From the IMG/VR virus record IMGVR_UViG_3300021957_006329, positions 1-61,614 of that record: a stretch of 61,614 nt of DNA; one strand, written 5' to 3'. The stretch is from a virus. Its lineage: Duplodnaviria > Caudoviricetes. The notes under the pieces were generated by a model that worked only from the letters and a program-made list of their open reading frames with translations, had not been told where the DNA came from and searched no databases. Positions 48,588 through 58,834 of the stretch are shown here, piece by piece. The position numbers and the translations under genes were made by a program. Position 1 is the stretch's first letter, and every line of letters starts with the position of its first letter.

Positions 48588-49304
48588 ATGAAAAAGAAAA
48601 AATCTCTTCCGGAAAAACATCAGCTGGGTACATTGGCATGGGACCTGGACTTCAAAATAAATTATGAGTTTAAATCAAACGATATTCATAAAAGTTTTGT
48701 TGGTAGCATGTTATCTTCAGACTCTAAAATGCTGTTTGTTGATGGCCCCGCCGGGACAGCAAAGACATATCTCGCGGTTTACGGAGCGTTATGTTTGTTG
48801 AAGAAGCATGCAGTTGAAGAGATCGTGTACATTCGAAGTGTGGTGGAGAGTGCCAGTAACAAGTTAGGGAGTCTACCGGGGGAGGTTGATGATAAATTTT
48901 TACCATGGAGCATGCCGTTGATTGAGAAACTAGATGAGCTTGTGAATATACCCGCGAGGAAAGAGCTGATGGAGCGTGGCTTCATCAATTGTTTACCGGT
49001 GAATTTCGTTCGTGGGTTGACATTTCATGACACGTTTGTCATAGTGGATGAAGCTCAAAACATGACAAGTAGCGAGTTGATAACAATATTGACTAGGTTT
49101 GGAGAGAATACAAAATTTGTTGTTGTAGGTGATAGCAAGCAACGAGACATTGGCAATCGCTCCGGGTTCAAACCAGTGATGAATTGTTTTGACAATGAGG
49201 AGTCAGACGCTCATGGTATCTACAACTTTGTGTTTGGTGAAGATGAGATAGTCCGGAGTAAAATTTTGAGATTCATTGTGTCGCAGTTGGAGAATATTGA
49301 ATGA
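48588..49304 (+). CDS. phoH: PhoH-family protein
   Basis: GPAGTAKT, LGSLPG...K, RGLTF, DEAQN, TRFG, GD..Q.D, IVRS. Confidence 0.93.
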   Translation: MKKKKSLPEKHQLGTLAWDLDFKINYEFKSNDIHKSFVGSMLSSDSKMLFVDGPAGTAKTYLAVYGALCLLKKHAVEEIVYIRSVVESASNKLGSLPGEVDDKFLPWSMPLIEKLDELVNIPARKELMERGFINCLPVNFVRGLTFHDTFVIVDEAQNMTSSELITILTRFGENTKFVVVGDSKQRDIGNRSGFKPVMNCFDNEESDAHGIYNFVFGEDEIVRSKILRFIVSQLENIE

Positions 49305-50206
49305 ACATTGTTCATATGTCCCGAACACCTCTTGCCGGTGCTCCGAAGATGCTTTGTCGTGCGTTGCAAAAATATGATCAACGTTCGAATAAATACAACT
49401 ATATACATATAACCCCGGAAACTGTAAATGCTGCAGAAACAAAGCATCATGTAATGAATGCGGATATTATACATTGGCATAATGAGGTTTACTTCCCTAT
49501 CTACAACGCAGTAAAAAATAAAAAACATGTGATACAGTATCATAGTGAACCTGGAATAAGTGGTGTAGGTCGAGCCCCGGTTCCTAGCAACTTTCGGGAG
49601 CTTGTTATTGCTCAGTACCATTCAGCATTGAATTATTTCAAACACTGTACACCTGTTAGAAATATTATAGATATTAATTTAGATGTAGATATTTCCACCT
49701 ATCGACAATCTGATGTAATTATATGTTCATCGCTATCCACACACCGGTTTGGTGTGTGGCAAACAAAAGATGTTGAGAGACATGCACATGTAATGAGACG
49801 AGTAACTGAACATTTCAAAGGTAAAGTAAGTATATATTACAAGAATTTGAACAACTTACCATGGTCAGAGGTGATGAGACATAAATACAACAGCGACATT
49901 GTGTTAGATGAGTGTGTAACCCCTAGTTATCATCTAAGTTCATTAGAGGGTCTAGCATGCGGGAAACCCACTATATGCTGGGTAGATGATCGTGTAGAGA
50001 GAGAGTTACTCAAGAGCTGTAAAAGTGATACAAACCCGTTCATAGGTACGTATATCGGATGGTTAGAGGACTTTCTTGTTGATTTGATCGAGAAAGGTCC
50101 GGAAAATCTCTTACAAATAGGTAAAAAATCATATGAATGGTATAACAAGTACTGGAATTCGCACGATATAGTTGCTGAATTTAATGCGATATATAATGAT
50201 ATATGA
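49301..50206 (+). CDS. GT-B-fold glycosyltransferase
   Basis: ADIIHWHN, DIVLDE, SLEGLACGKPTI. Confidence 0.7.
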   Translation: MNIVHMSRTPLAGAPKMLCRALQKYDQRSNKYNYIHITPETVNAAETKHHVMNADIIHWHNEVYFPIYNAVKNKKHVIQYHSEPGISGVGRAPVPSNFRELVIAQYHSALNYFKHCTPVRNIIDINLDVDISTYRQSDVIICSSLSTHRFGVWQTKDVERHAHVMRRVTEHFKGKVSIYYKNLNNLPWSEVMRHKYNSDIVLDECVTPSYHLSSLEGLACGKPTICWVDDRVERELLKSCKSDTNPFIGTYIGWLEDFLVDLIEKGPENLLQIGKKSYEWYNKYWNSHDIVAEFNAIYNDI

Positions 50207-50958
50207 AGATAGCTTTACTGTGCCCGACCCGAGAACGATTAGGTCATATCAAACGTTTGAAGAGATCAATCGAACGTACCGTACATAGTATTGATAATAT
50301 TGCATTATATATAGGTGTAGATTTTGATGATGTAAAGACATTAAAAGAAATACAGCTATTATGTCAATTCAATTCATGGGTTAAAATTATAAAATTACAA
50401 GAGTATGGTAAATGGCCAGGTTTAGGGGTTATTTGGAATGAATTAGCTGCTGTGGCGCCGGAAGAAATATTCGCGATGGTAGGTGATGATTTTATATTTA
50501 AAACCTATGGGTGGGATCATAAGATCTTAAAAGAGTTTATAAACGGACCGCGAGATAAAATTTTAATGGTGCATTGTAACGATGGTATACATGGTCCGGG
50601 AAATAAATATTCAAACTCATATGGTCTCAAACCCGGTCGTGTGTTAGCTGTGAATCCATTTATACATAGAAAATATTATGAGTTAAATGGTTATTACTTA
50701 CGTAACGAATTCAAACATCAATTTTTAGATACATGGCTAGACAATACTTTCCATACTATTGGTAGAAAAATATATCGACATGATATTATGATTCAACATT
50801 TGCATTTTTCCCAAATTAATATTGTGGATAATGTCACATTGAATTTAAGACAGCGCTCAGTATATAATACTGAAAAACTTTTGTTTGCGAAGATGGTACA
50901 GGATAGAGAGCTGGAAATTTCTAGGTTAAAAGAGTATATTACAAAGTTAAAAATATAA
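50203..50958 (+). CDS. GT-A glycosyltransferase family 2-like
   Basis: LLCPTRER, WNELA, MVGDD, DTWL, HLHF. Confidence 0.75.
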   Translation: MKIALLCPTRERLGHIKRLKRSIERTVHSIDNIALYIGVDFDDVKTLKEIQLLCQFNSWVKIIKLQEYGKWPGLGVIWNELAAVAPEEIFAMVGDDFIFKTYGWDHKILKEFINGPRDKILMVHCNDGIHGPGNKYSNSYGLKPGRVLAVNPFIHRKYYELNGYYLRNEFKHQFLDTWLDNTFHTIGRKIYRHDIMIQHLHFSQINIVDNVTLNLRQRSVYNTEKLLFAKMVQDRELEISRLKEYITKLKI

Positions 50959-50997
50959 TTAAGCTGTATAACAGTATATCTCATCATAAATAATAAT

Positions 50998-51912
50998 ATG
51001 GCAGAAACACGCAACATAAAAGATCTACCTCAAGCAGATGCTATAACTAGCGGCGATTATTTTCTAATTGAAGCGCCGGCAGGAACTCAATTGTTATCAT
51101 TTGATAATTTTGTCATAGACCAAGACAACACCACTTTTGCTGTAGATCTACAAACCAACATGTCAACCTTGTCTACGCAAGTCACCGCGGTGTCATCTGA
51201 TCTAGATTTGACCGGAGCGAATGCTGCGAGTAAATTGTACATTGTGAACACGAGCCTCACCGAGAGAATAGATAGCATGATCGATGTGCTATATGGGGAG
51301 ACGTTTGAAACAACATTGCAAGAATTCCGGGATGCTAATGCGCTAGACCCGGAAACCGCAGAGACAAGAAATTATGGTAGTCATCTACAAGCATTGAGCG
51401 CCATGTTGTTCGATACGTTCTGGACTAGAATGAACAGCATCAGTTCCGCGGTGATGGGAACCGGATCGACATCTATAACATCAGAAGGAAGGAATTTAAT
51501 ATACACCAGTGGTGGGGAGTCCAATCCGGCAGACAATGACGGAGGTCTGTTAGGTGCTGTAATTGACACTGTTCGAAGCACAGTTGACGTGTATCTGGCC
51601 AATGTAACGGGTCAGTTTGACAACACAAATACAGACACTGTACAGTTCAGCGTGACCATGCCCAGCAGATACATTGTCAACAAGGGAAGTTTACAATTTA
51701 ATGTTGAACTAATGAATCAAGCTGCTATTGGAGATGCCGGAGACAATCCATACACCAACCCCGGAGTGTTCGCAGTGGCTAATTACAGTGAAGCACCAGC
51801 TGGTGGAGATGGAGTCACATACCAATGGTCAGTCAGAAGATGCGGTGGTGCACCATTCACAGATGCCACATATCCGATTAGATTGAACGGAAGAGTTGTA
51901 GCAGGAATTTAG
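50998..51912 (+). CDS. virion structural protein (fibre-like)
   Basis: IKDLP..AITSGDYFLIE N-terminus; CATAAATA 5 nt upstream. Confidence 0.6.
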   Translation: MAETRNIKDLPQADAITSGDYFLIEAPAGTQLLSFDNFVIDQDNTTFAVDLQTNMSTLSTQVTAVSSDLDLTGANAASKLYIVNTSLTERIDSMIDVLYGETFETTLQEFRDANALDPETAETRNYGSHLQALSAMLFDTFWTRMNSISSAVMGTGSTSITSEGRNLIYTSGGESNPADNDGGLLGAVIDTVRSTVDVYLANVTGQFDNTNTDTVQFSVTMPSRYIVNKGSLQFNVELMNQAAIGDAGDNPYTNPGVFAVANYSEAPAGGDGVTYQWSVRRCGGAPFTDATYPIRLNGRVVAGI

Positions 51913-52121
51913 ATGTGAAACTTTAAAGCTTTGTTCATCTTTTCTAACAGAGCTTTGGGTCGTTGACCAGATTCCATCAATCGATTGTATTCAGCTTTGA
52001 ACGCGTTCACAAAATCTTCGCTTAGTTCGAAATTTCTAGGGTAGAACTGTCTTCGGACGGTTCTGATACTACTAACATTTTCTTGATACATCTCATCAAC
52101 ATTTTTCTTAAACTGGTCCAT
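51909..52121 (-). CDS. small late hypothetical protein
   Basis: CATAAATA 5 nt upstream of ATG52121. Confidence 0.6.
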   Translation of the reverse strand: MDQFKKNVDEMYQENVSSIRTVRRQFYPRNFELSEDFVNAFKAEYNRLMESGQRPKALLEKMNKALKFHI

Positions 52122-52138
52122 ATATTTATTTATGCTAA

Positions 52139-52825
52139 TCAAAGCTTTCCGTCTGGAAAAACGTCTGTAGGTTCAATACCAAACTTGGATAACTCTTGCC
52201 AGTCTATCTCACAATCTTCTTCTTTGTAAGCTTCACCATTATCAGTAACATACAAGCTTGCTTGTCGAATTCGTTCCCGTGGATTACCAGTTATTCGAAT
52301 CACTGCTGGTTTGTCATCGTCATGAAAGAATATACTACCATCTTGATGAGAGTAAGCCTCTACTTGTTTGAACAAGTTGTCTATTTCTGTTATGTACTCT
52401 TTATCTGTTTCCCTGAAACCATCTTCAACTATATCAACACTACCGTCTAGTGGTATATATATTATCAAGTCAACAAATCTCATGGCTTCTTTAACTATAG
52501 GGATACATGACTCAATAAAATCTTCGTCAATATCTGAATTTTGTTTATCATAGGCATGAATGGAATATACCAGGTTATCAATAGGACATCTATCAAATAC
52601 TACACATTCATTTTTTCTATATTTCATGTGCTGCTCAGTCATGAAATCTAGAATGTCTTGTTGTGTTTGTTTGGTTGTGTTGGCGCTGTGAGGTAAATTA
52701 TTTTCTATTACAATATCTCTGTATGTTTTTTTTGGGGTGGTGTATACATCCTTCCAGTTGTCTAGAAAATCATTTATAAATGTACTCTTACCCACACATG
52801 CGGTTCCTATTACAGCTACTCTCAT
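52139..52825 (-). CDS. P-loop kinase (NadR/AAA_28 or dNMP-kinase-like)
   Basis: GTACVGKST, FDRCPIDNLVY, DGFRETD; promoter TTGATT-N17-TAAAAT. Confidence 0.75.
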   Translation of the reverse strand: MRVAVIGTACVGKSTFINDFLDNWKDVYTTPKKTYRDIVIENNLPHSANTTKQTQQDILDFMTEQHMKYRKNECVVFDRCPIDNLVYSIHAYDKQNSDIDEDFIESCIPIVKEAMRFVDLIIYIPLDGSVDIVEDGFRETDKEYITEIDNLFKQVEAYSHQDGSIFFHDDDKPAVIRITGNPRERIRQASLYVTDNGEAYKEEDCEIDWQELSKFGIEPTDVFPDGKL

Positions 52826-52856
52826 GTTTATATTTTATAGTAAAATTGTATGTAAA

Positions 52857-52991
52857 TCAACGTTTACTATCGTCTTGTGTGAATAATATTTTTACACCTT
52901 TAGGTATGTGAGTCTTCAACCATTTCCTGAATGCTTTACTAGGTGGAACGGTGTTTACTTTCACGAGGATACTCTTGTTTTCATCAACCAT
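52857..52991 (-). CDS. small hypothetical protein (44 aa, MVDENKSILVK...)
   Basis: read by hand; fills the gap and overlaps the upstream stop. Confidence 0.4.
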   Translation of the reverse strand: MVDENKSILVKVNTVPPSKAFRKWLKTHIPKGVKILFTQDDSKR

Positions 52992-53358
52992 ATATATCGC
53001 GATTTTCTCGTTGAAATTTTCTCATTATGACACCTGCTAGAGAGTTGGCTTCGTTCTCTATAGGACTACCATCGTCGCCACTCCCGGGAGATAATCTACC
53101 ATCTTCATGTTGTTTTGCGTGTACCAATTCATGAGCTATGCTTCTGAGTATGTCAACCAACGCTCTGCCTTTGGTCAGCACCTTGATCTCACGTGTCACA
53201 GGACTGTAACAACCAGTCGTCATGTCTTGTTCAGGTTCATCGACAAAACCAATTTTACATGGGGTCTGTATGTTTAAACCATGGTTACAAAAATCTATAA
53301 ACTTGTTTAAAACATCTCGGTTTTCATATAACGTTACAAAATTTTTGAACTTGTTCAC
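52984..53358 (-). CDS. HEXXH zinc metallopeptidase-like protein
   Basis: RSIAHELVHAKQ and ENEAN..AG. Confidence 0.75.
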   Translation of the reverse strand: MNKFKNFVTLYENRDVLNKFIDFCNHGLNIQTPCKIGFVDEPEQDMTTGCYSPVTREIKVLTKGRALVDILRSIAHELVHAKQHEDGRLSPGSGDDGSPIENEANSLAGVIMRKFQRENRDIYG

Positions 53359-53362
53359 ATGT

Positions 53363-53674
53363 TTATTTATTCAAGTTGATCTCTTTTGTGAGCTTAACCT
53401 CCTGGGCTTGATTCACACCTACAATACTGTCATATAGCCAGCTGCATGCTGAACTAGCTAAACCTATAATTATGTGCTGTGTGTAATTCTCGTTTGTAAA
53501 ATGACTCAGCACGAATCCGGACCAAAAGCCTATACATAATGTACATGTTAAAAAATCATCAAGTATACTAGACTTAGATCTTAACCAAGATCTAGGTATA
53601 TTGAAGATACTACCATATACGATTATGGCAGTAGCGCCAGTACTAGCAACTAACTGCAACCAGTATGGTATCAC
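53363..53674 (-). CDS. membrane protein with CxxC.GFW motif (DUF1360-like)
   Basis: IF..PR.W, TCTLCIGFWSG. Confidence 0.65.
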   Translation of the reverse strand: MIPYWLQLVASTGATAIIVYGSIFNIPRSWLRSKSSILDDFLTCTLCIGFWSGFVLSHFTNENYTQHIIIGLASSACSWLYDSIVGVNQAQEVKLTKEINLNK

Positions 53675-53677
53675 TGA

Positions 53678-53875
53678 TTACCTTTTTTGCTTTTTCTTCT
53701 CTAACTGGTCTATAGCTTGATTGAGCAATTTGGCTTGATCAATATCCATTCTCACCTTGTTACCGTGATCATCGGTTATTGATAATTGCTCATCATTCTC
53801 TAGATTTACTACTGGGCATTTAGCTTTGCCGCAACACAGCACAACACCACCGTTTAGTTGTCTTAACATTGTCAT
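53678..53875 (-). CDS. small Cys-containing protein (LCCGKAKCP)
   Basis: TATAAATA 5 nt upstream of ATG53875. Confidence 0.6.
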   Translation of the reverse strand: MTMLRQLNGGVVLCCGKAKCPVVNLENDEQLSITDDHGNKVRMDIDQAKLLNQAIDQLEKKKQKR

Positions 53876-53883
53876 GTAATTAT

Positions 53884-54663
53884 TTATACTCCAGTGGTCT
53901 GATCCCAAGCACTTACATGCAATCTAGTTAAACCTGTGTAACCATATTTTTTACCCATCTCCATACAAAATTTGGTACGTTCATGATAATTTTCTTGTTT
54001 ATCTAAACCGGGCATCATCAACACACGTTTAGCCGGGATGCCGAATGGTAGGATAAAATCTCTTTCAATCTCTCTCAAACATTCTTCCGTACTTATAACA
54101 AATTTAAACCAATAATTTTTGTGTTGCATGATACGCTCTAGAGCCTTGTCATTTATACGACGATCTTTACTCATCCCACTATTAGCTAGTTTCACTGAAC
54201 AGTTGATTTGATTCAGTTTATCAAACAGATTATCTTCAATATAAATAGTACCGTTTGTTTCTATCTCGTTATATACAGATTTATCTTGATACATGGTTTT
54301 GTCGCAATGCGTGTCGTAAAACCATTGTAAGAAGTTAGATATCGCGCGTTGGTTTTTTGGAATTGTTGGTTCCCCTCCGGTCCATATCAAGTTGACACGA
54401 CCTTGTTTGATCCAATCTAATATATTCTCTTCTTTCCATCTGTCCACTAGATACTCAAATGACTTCTCTAAGCCTTTTCTCCATACATACTCGGTATCAC
54501 ACCACCATGTCGCTTCACCACTCTCTACCATACTCCCGTCTCTACCACCACACATCAAGTTACATGCTTTGAGTCGGATAAAATAAGCTGGAACACCGCT
54601 CGTGTGACCTTCGCCTTGTACGCTATAAAAATCTTCTGCTATGTTTAATGTATCTACTTTCAT
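53884..54663 (-). CDS. queE: 7-carboxy-7-deazaguanine synthase (radical SAM)
   Basis: FYSVQGEG..G.P..FIRL..CNL.C...CDT, TGGEP, IETNGT, RLHV. Confidence 0.9.
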   Translation of the reverse strand: MKVDTLNIAEDFYSVQGEGHTSGVPAYFIRLKACNLMCGGRDGSMVESGEATWWCDTEYVWRKGLEKSFEYLVDRWKEENILDWIKQGRVNLIWTGGEPTIPKNQRAISNFLQWFYDTHCDKTMYQDKSVYNEIETNGTIYIEDNLFDKLNQINCSVKLANSGMSKDRRINDKALERIMQHKNYWFKFVISTEECLREIERDFILPFGIPAKRVLMMPGLDKQENYHERTKFCMEMGKKYGYTGLTRLHVSAWDQTTGV

Positions 54664-54666
54664 ATT

Positions 54667-55296
54667 TTAAAAGAGCCATGAATTGGTTGTTTTGGCATAT
54701 TTAGGGTCAACCCATTTACCTACTACTTTACTTGTACCTGGAGTTGAATTATCTTGTGAGGGTTTTTCCGATTCAGTATTTGGTACTGGTTTAGGTTTTA
54801 CCTGTTTAACTTCTTGTTCAACTTCTTGGATTTGTTCTGTATCGAGTGTTGGTGCAGTCTTCGGGTAGGATTCATACACCGCGGAATTGTTTTCATGTTC
54901 AAAGACTTCTACTCTGACACACCTGGCTCTCATGTTGGTCAGTATTCCAGCAAAATTGTCCGCAGCTGCATGACACCATTCCGCGAATTTTTCAATACCC
55001 ACCCCATCCATAATTTTTAAATCACATAATCCATTTTTTTGTAAATCTACAAATTTATCCAAATGAGGGTCATGCTTAGATATACATGTAGTATGGTCAA
55101 ATTGATCTTGTAACAGTTTCTTCAATTCCTTCAAACCACCGAAGTCTACGACCCAGTTATTTTCATCTAATTCATCAGCTGCAAACCAGAATTTAGCAGT
55201 CAACCGGTAACCGTGTACATATTTACAATGACTCTTTGCTAGCGGTTGTCTGAATGCGCAGCTACCTAATTCTATAATTTTGGTACTATAATACAT
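54667..55296 (-). CDS. queD: 6-carboxytetrahydropterin synthase
   Basis: SCAFRQ..SHC..VHGY, NWVVDFG, FDHT, VEV.EH..NSA; promoter TTGACT-N17-TATAAT at 55303-55331. Confidence 0.88.
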   Translation of the reverse strand: MYYSTKIIELGSCAFRQPLAKSHCKYVHGYRLTAKFWFAADELDENNWVVDFGGLKELKKLLQDQFDHTTCISKHDPHLDKFVDLQKNGLCDLKIMDGVGIEKFAEWCHAAADNFAGILTNMRARCVRVEVFEHENNSAVYESYPKTAPTLDTEQIQEVEQEVKQVKPKPVPNTESEKPSQDNSTPGTSKVVGKWVDPKYAKTTNSWLF

Positions 55297-55327
55297 ATAT
55301 ACATTATAGTATAAATTTACACAGAAG

Positions 55328-58300
55328 TCAATTACCGATTACAAGTTTTCTTATTATATCAAAAGATTCTTCTAATCGCTTACGGCCGCGCCGGCGACGC
55401 CTCGTCATTTTATCTTTATCTGTTTCTTTGGATTGTTTGTAACTTTTCTTCGGTAACGCACTACCGAATTGACCAGGACCTGGGGCTTGTTTAGAAAAGA
55501 ATTTACCTCTTTTAGGACCAGAGTGGGTGCTGTTGGGTTGTTTTTGTGCACCGGGGTTGTATTTAATATCATGACTTGTTGGTTCATCTTCAACATCTTC
55601 TTTGAAATGTTTCAATTTGAACTGATATGATGGTGATAGTATATTCACTTTGTATCTTGTGTATATGTCTCTTGCAAGATATTGTAACACTGAATCGTAT
55701 TTATTAAGACCAGCTGGAGCCGTGTATTTTTCTCTAGAACCTCTCCAATATTTTGGAGGATTCTTTGGATCTGGGCGCTGGAAAAATTCACCTTCTGCAT
55801 TGCCCCATATAAGATCCGAGTGATCGGATAGACCAATCAACTGACCAGTCGGTCCTTTCCATGTGTTCACATTGTAATATTCCCCTAATTCTGTCCTTAT
55901 TTCCATCGCTTTGTTTTTGAATTGATCTCTGACGCTTTGTCTTTCTTTCTCATCTCTATAAGCAAAATTCTTACTCGGGCCCATGACTCTTGACCCATAG
56001 TCTGTATCTACAAATAATACTTTCAAATCCTGTTCGGTGAAGTCTGGCCAGAAGCCCCAACCAGCGAAGTGCTTAAAAGCATTTTTGGTTTGATCATTCG
56101 CTATTCTACCTAACACATCTAATATGTCTGCTTCTTGTACAACGTCTTTTGTTGGACTATTCAACATGGCGCTCGGACTAGGTTTCGCGAGTGTACATTT
56201 TGTGTAGCCGGTTATTAGTGATGTTATGTATCTCTCTAATTTTTCATCTGACATGCCTTCATCTACATCAGGTTCTCCTGGTTCACGTTCTGTAGATTTA
56301 ACCGGGTCTGGAACAGTTTCTGGTGAAGATGAGGGTGGTGATGATGTATCGCTAGGTGCTGGATAATCACTACCTACAAATTCAACATTATCATCTGGAT
56401 CTATATCTGAGTCATCAGGACCTCCTTTGATATCTGAAGCCCATTCCGGACGTTCATGGGCATGAGCATCCATCCCGGTGTAGTATTTCACATGATTTAA
56501 GATATTTTGTTTATCTATATCGTTGAGCTTAACACCGGTTTGTTTCTCAAATCTTCTAGCAGCTTTTTTGTATCCTATTTTGATTTTCCGGAACACTCTG
56601 TTCGCGGCGTTGTAACTTTTACCTAGTGTATCTCCTAGCCAATCTATAAAACCTTCATCCAAGCCATGTATTAAATTTTCTAGTTTGTTGTTTGTTGTTA
56701 AAGACTCTTGCAAGCTGTTACCTAACGCTAAAGGTGACCCACCCGAACTACCAGATGATGATCCGGAAGAACCAGTGTTTATATAACTACCAGAACTATG
56801 ACCAAGAGCAGGTGTTGAGGAACCAGAGTGACCAAGAGCAGGTGTTGAAGAGCCTAGATTTCCAATTGCAGTTATAGCTTGATTACGAGTGGCAGATATC
56901 GATAGACCAGATTGAACTAGACCATAACCTAAAGCGGCCATGCCTTGCCCGGATGGGATGTTGGGTGGTAACGGTGCTATATTTATAACCTCGGCGATGA
57001 AGTCATCATCTAAAAATATTTTAGGTATGTATGATCTAGGTATCTTACGGACTAGTTTCAATCGACTATCCCCATCTCCCGGGTCTGAACGTACTAGTGT
57101 ACCATAATGACCTCCTACTTTTATACGACGAGCTTGTTTGTTCATTACGGTGAACCTCTTTACCATGCGCTGAACAGTGGGGTGATACCATAAGTTTTTT
57201 GGAATTATCACTTTATCATTATCAGATTTTGAATACTGTGGTGTGTGACTATGTACATGAGTACCATAGTTGGGTGCAGATGTACTACCACTAGATGTAC
57301 TACCACCACTAGAGGTTGGAGACTTGTTATGACCACCAGACCCAGAACTACCGGTGGATATTTTCCGAGCGTAATTTTTGACTTCCGCTGGTGGCATGTT
57401 TCCCCCGGGAATGATAGCCGGAGGGTTCATGGCATCTTTTGCAGAACCACCACTATATTGCACCCCTGCTTGTGTACCTTTCGCGAACCGGCCATCTACA
57501 CCCCGTACATATTTACCGGCGGGTTGGTGCACTTTCGATGAACCGTCAGTATTTATACTGTCTATTTGTGGTGCGTTTGTGGTGGTGGTGGAATCTGCTT
57601 TGCTAGCGTATTGCGCTCCGGATTGGTTACCTTTTGCAAATCTTCCATCTGCCCCTCTCTTGGTACCTTCTTTAACGAAATTAGGTTGTACATTTTTATC
57701 TGTAGGTGCGGTCATGGGTCTGACATCCTTTTTATCACTAGGGACAATTGTTTTTACTTTAAGTTGTATGGGTTGTAAATCAGAGCCTTCAGTTGTAGAA
57801 CCAGGGGCAGTACCATATAATACCAAGTTCTGTTTACTAGCTTTATCGTAATGATCAAATTCAAAGTAGTATGGATTTCCTGCAGCTCTAGCAGTTGTGA
57901 TTTTACCAAATCGTCTCAAATTACCCTCTTCATCTTCATATAGATCTTCCGCGACAGGTAACACTGGAGCTCCTTTTTTAGCAACACCAGCCATGGATTT
58001 TAACCTTCCGGCTCCTCTCATTAAACCCGGGATAATACCTCTGCGCTTTTCTGAACCATGTGTACCTATACCTATCTTTGAGTACCCGGTTCCTCCTACA
58101 CCATCTAAACTCTTTTCTGGTTTTCTATTTTCTATATCATCTATATTAACCGGGCTTCCGTCCGGGTTCACCGGTGCACGTTGTTGCTGGTCTGGTTCAT
58201 CTCCAGTGGCTTTTAGTGTATCTTGTTGTTGTTGAGCTCGTCTCTGGTCTTCCAGGTCTCTTGTGACTTTCCGGATCTCATCATCTTCCTGTTTTCTAAA

Positions 58301-58360
58301 CGAACGGTTCTCGTTAAGAGGTGGTTTAACTATATGTTTAATTTTATTAAATTTTTTCAT
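55328..58360 (-). CDS. large low-complexity protein, putative internal head protein
   Basis: 1010 aa; two RGxDGRFAKG repeats; two STPALGH repeats; LNE/LQE/LEE motifs. Confidence 0.7.
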   Translation of the reverse strand: MKKFNKIKHIVKPPLNENRSFRKQEDDEIRKVTRDLEDQRRAQQQQDTLKATGDEPDQQQRAPVNPDGSPVNIDDIENRKPEKSLDGVGGTGYSKIGIGTHGSEKRRGIIPGLMRGAGRLKSMAGVAKKGAPVLPVAEDLYEDEEGNLRRFGKITTARAAGNPYYFEFDHYDKASKQNLVLYGTAPGSTTEGSDLQPIQLKVKTIVPSDKKDVRPMTAPTDKNVQPNFVKEGTKRGADGRFAKGNQSGAQYASKADSTTTTNAPQIDSINTDGSSKVHQPAGKYVRGVDGRFAKGTQAGVQYSGGSAKDAMNPPAIIPGGNMPPAEVKNYARKISTGSSGSGGHNKSPTSSGGSTSSGSTSAPNYGTHVHSHTPQYSKSDNDKVIIPKNLWYHPTVQRMVKRFTVMNKQARRIKVGGHYGTLVRSDPGDGDSRLKLVRKIPRSYIPKIFLDDDFIAEVINIAPLPPNIPSGQGMAALGYGLVQSGLSISATRNQAITAIGNLGSSTPALGHSGSSTPALGHSSGSYINTGSSGSSSGSSGGSPLALGNSLQESLTTNNKLENLIHGLDEGFIDWLGDTLGKSYNAANRVFRKIKIGYKKAARRFEKQTGVKLNDIDKQNILNHVKYYTGMDAHAHERPEWASDIKGGPDDSDIDPDDNVEFVGSDYPAPSDTSSPPSSSPETVPDPVKSTEREPGEPDVDEGMSDEKLERYITSLITGYTKCTLAKPSPSAMLNSPTKDVVQEADILDVLGRIANDQTKNAFKHFAGWGFWPDFTEQDLKVLFVDTDYGSRVMGPSKNFAYRDEKERQSVRDQFKNKAMEIRTELGEYYNVNTWKGPTGQLIGLSDHSDLIWGNAEGEFFQRPDPKNPPKYWRGSREKYTAPAGLNKYDSVLQYLARDIYTRYKVNILSPSYQFKLKHFKEDVEDEPTSHDIKYNPGAQKQPNSTHSGPKRGKFFSKQAPGPGQFGSALPKKSYKQSKETDKDKMTRRRRRGRKRLEESFDIIRKLVIGN

Positions 58361-58776
58361 GACATTAAGAATAATTTACACATTTTAGCGAATTCATCTC
58401 TTTCCACACCTTGCTCTTTCATGAATGATTCCAGATGTTGTATGTCACTAGAATTTATGATATTGTACATGGATGATTCATCACAATCTCCTTTATTTTT
58501 ACCCATAATATAATCTAACGCGAACTGCTTGAACATTTCAAATGTTCTACCAGCTGCTGGTTCCACTTCATCTGGTTCCATATCAACAACACCATCGTCT
58601 TGCATGTCCGGTGCCATCAACATTATTCTCAGCATGCCTTCGTTTTCTTCTATGATGTAACCTTCATATGGGTAACTCTCCACTGGGTTAGATCTATCTA
58701 GAGGGTCTGTTTTCATTCGAACTCTCTTCAGTGTTGTGTTGTTGAGAGCTTGCTCTAATATGTTGTTAAACTTCAC
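58357..58776 (-). CDS. hypothetical late protein
   Basis: TATAAATA upstream; YEGYIIEE. Confidence 0.65.
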   Translation of the reverse strand: MKFNNILEQALNNTTLKRVRMKTDPLDRSNPVESYPYEGYIIEENEGMLRIMLMAPDMQDDGVVDMEPDEVEPAAGRTFEMFKQFALDYIMGKNKGDCDESSMYNIINSSDIQHLESFMKEQGVERDEFAKMCKLFLMS

Positions 58777-58834
58777 TACAATTATTTATACATTTAACCT
58801 TGAATAACACTATAACATACTGTATAATCATGGT

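Noticed and set aside
36698-50958. Bacterial chromosome or NCLDV origin for the whole window
   Set aside because: T4-type late promoters, sigma70 promoters and gp5-, gp15- and gp62-like genes flank and interleave the glyco genes, indicating a tailed phage
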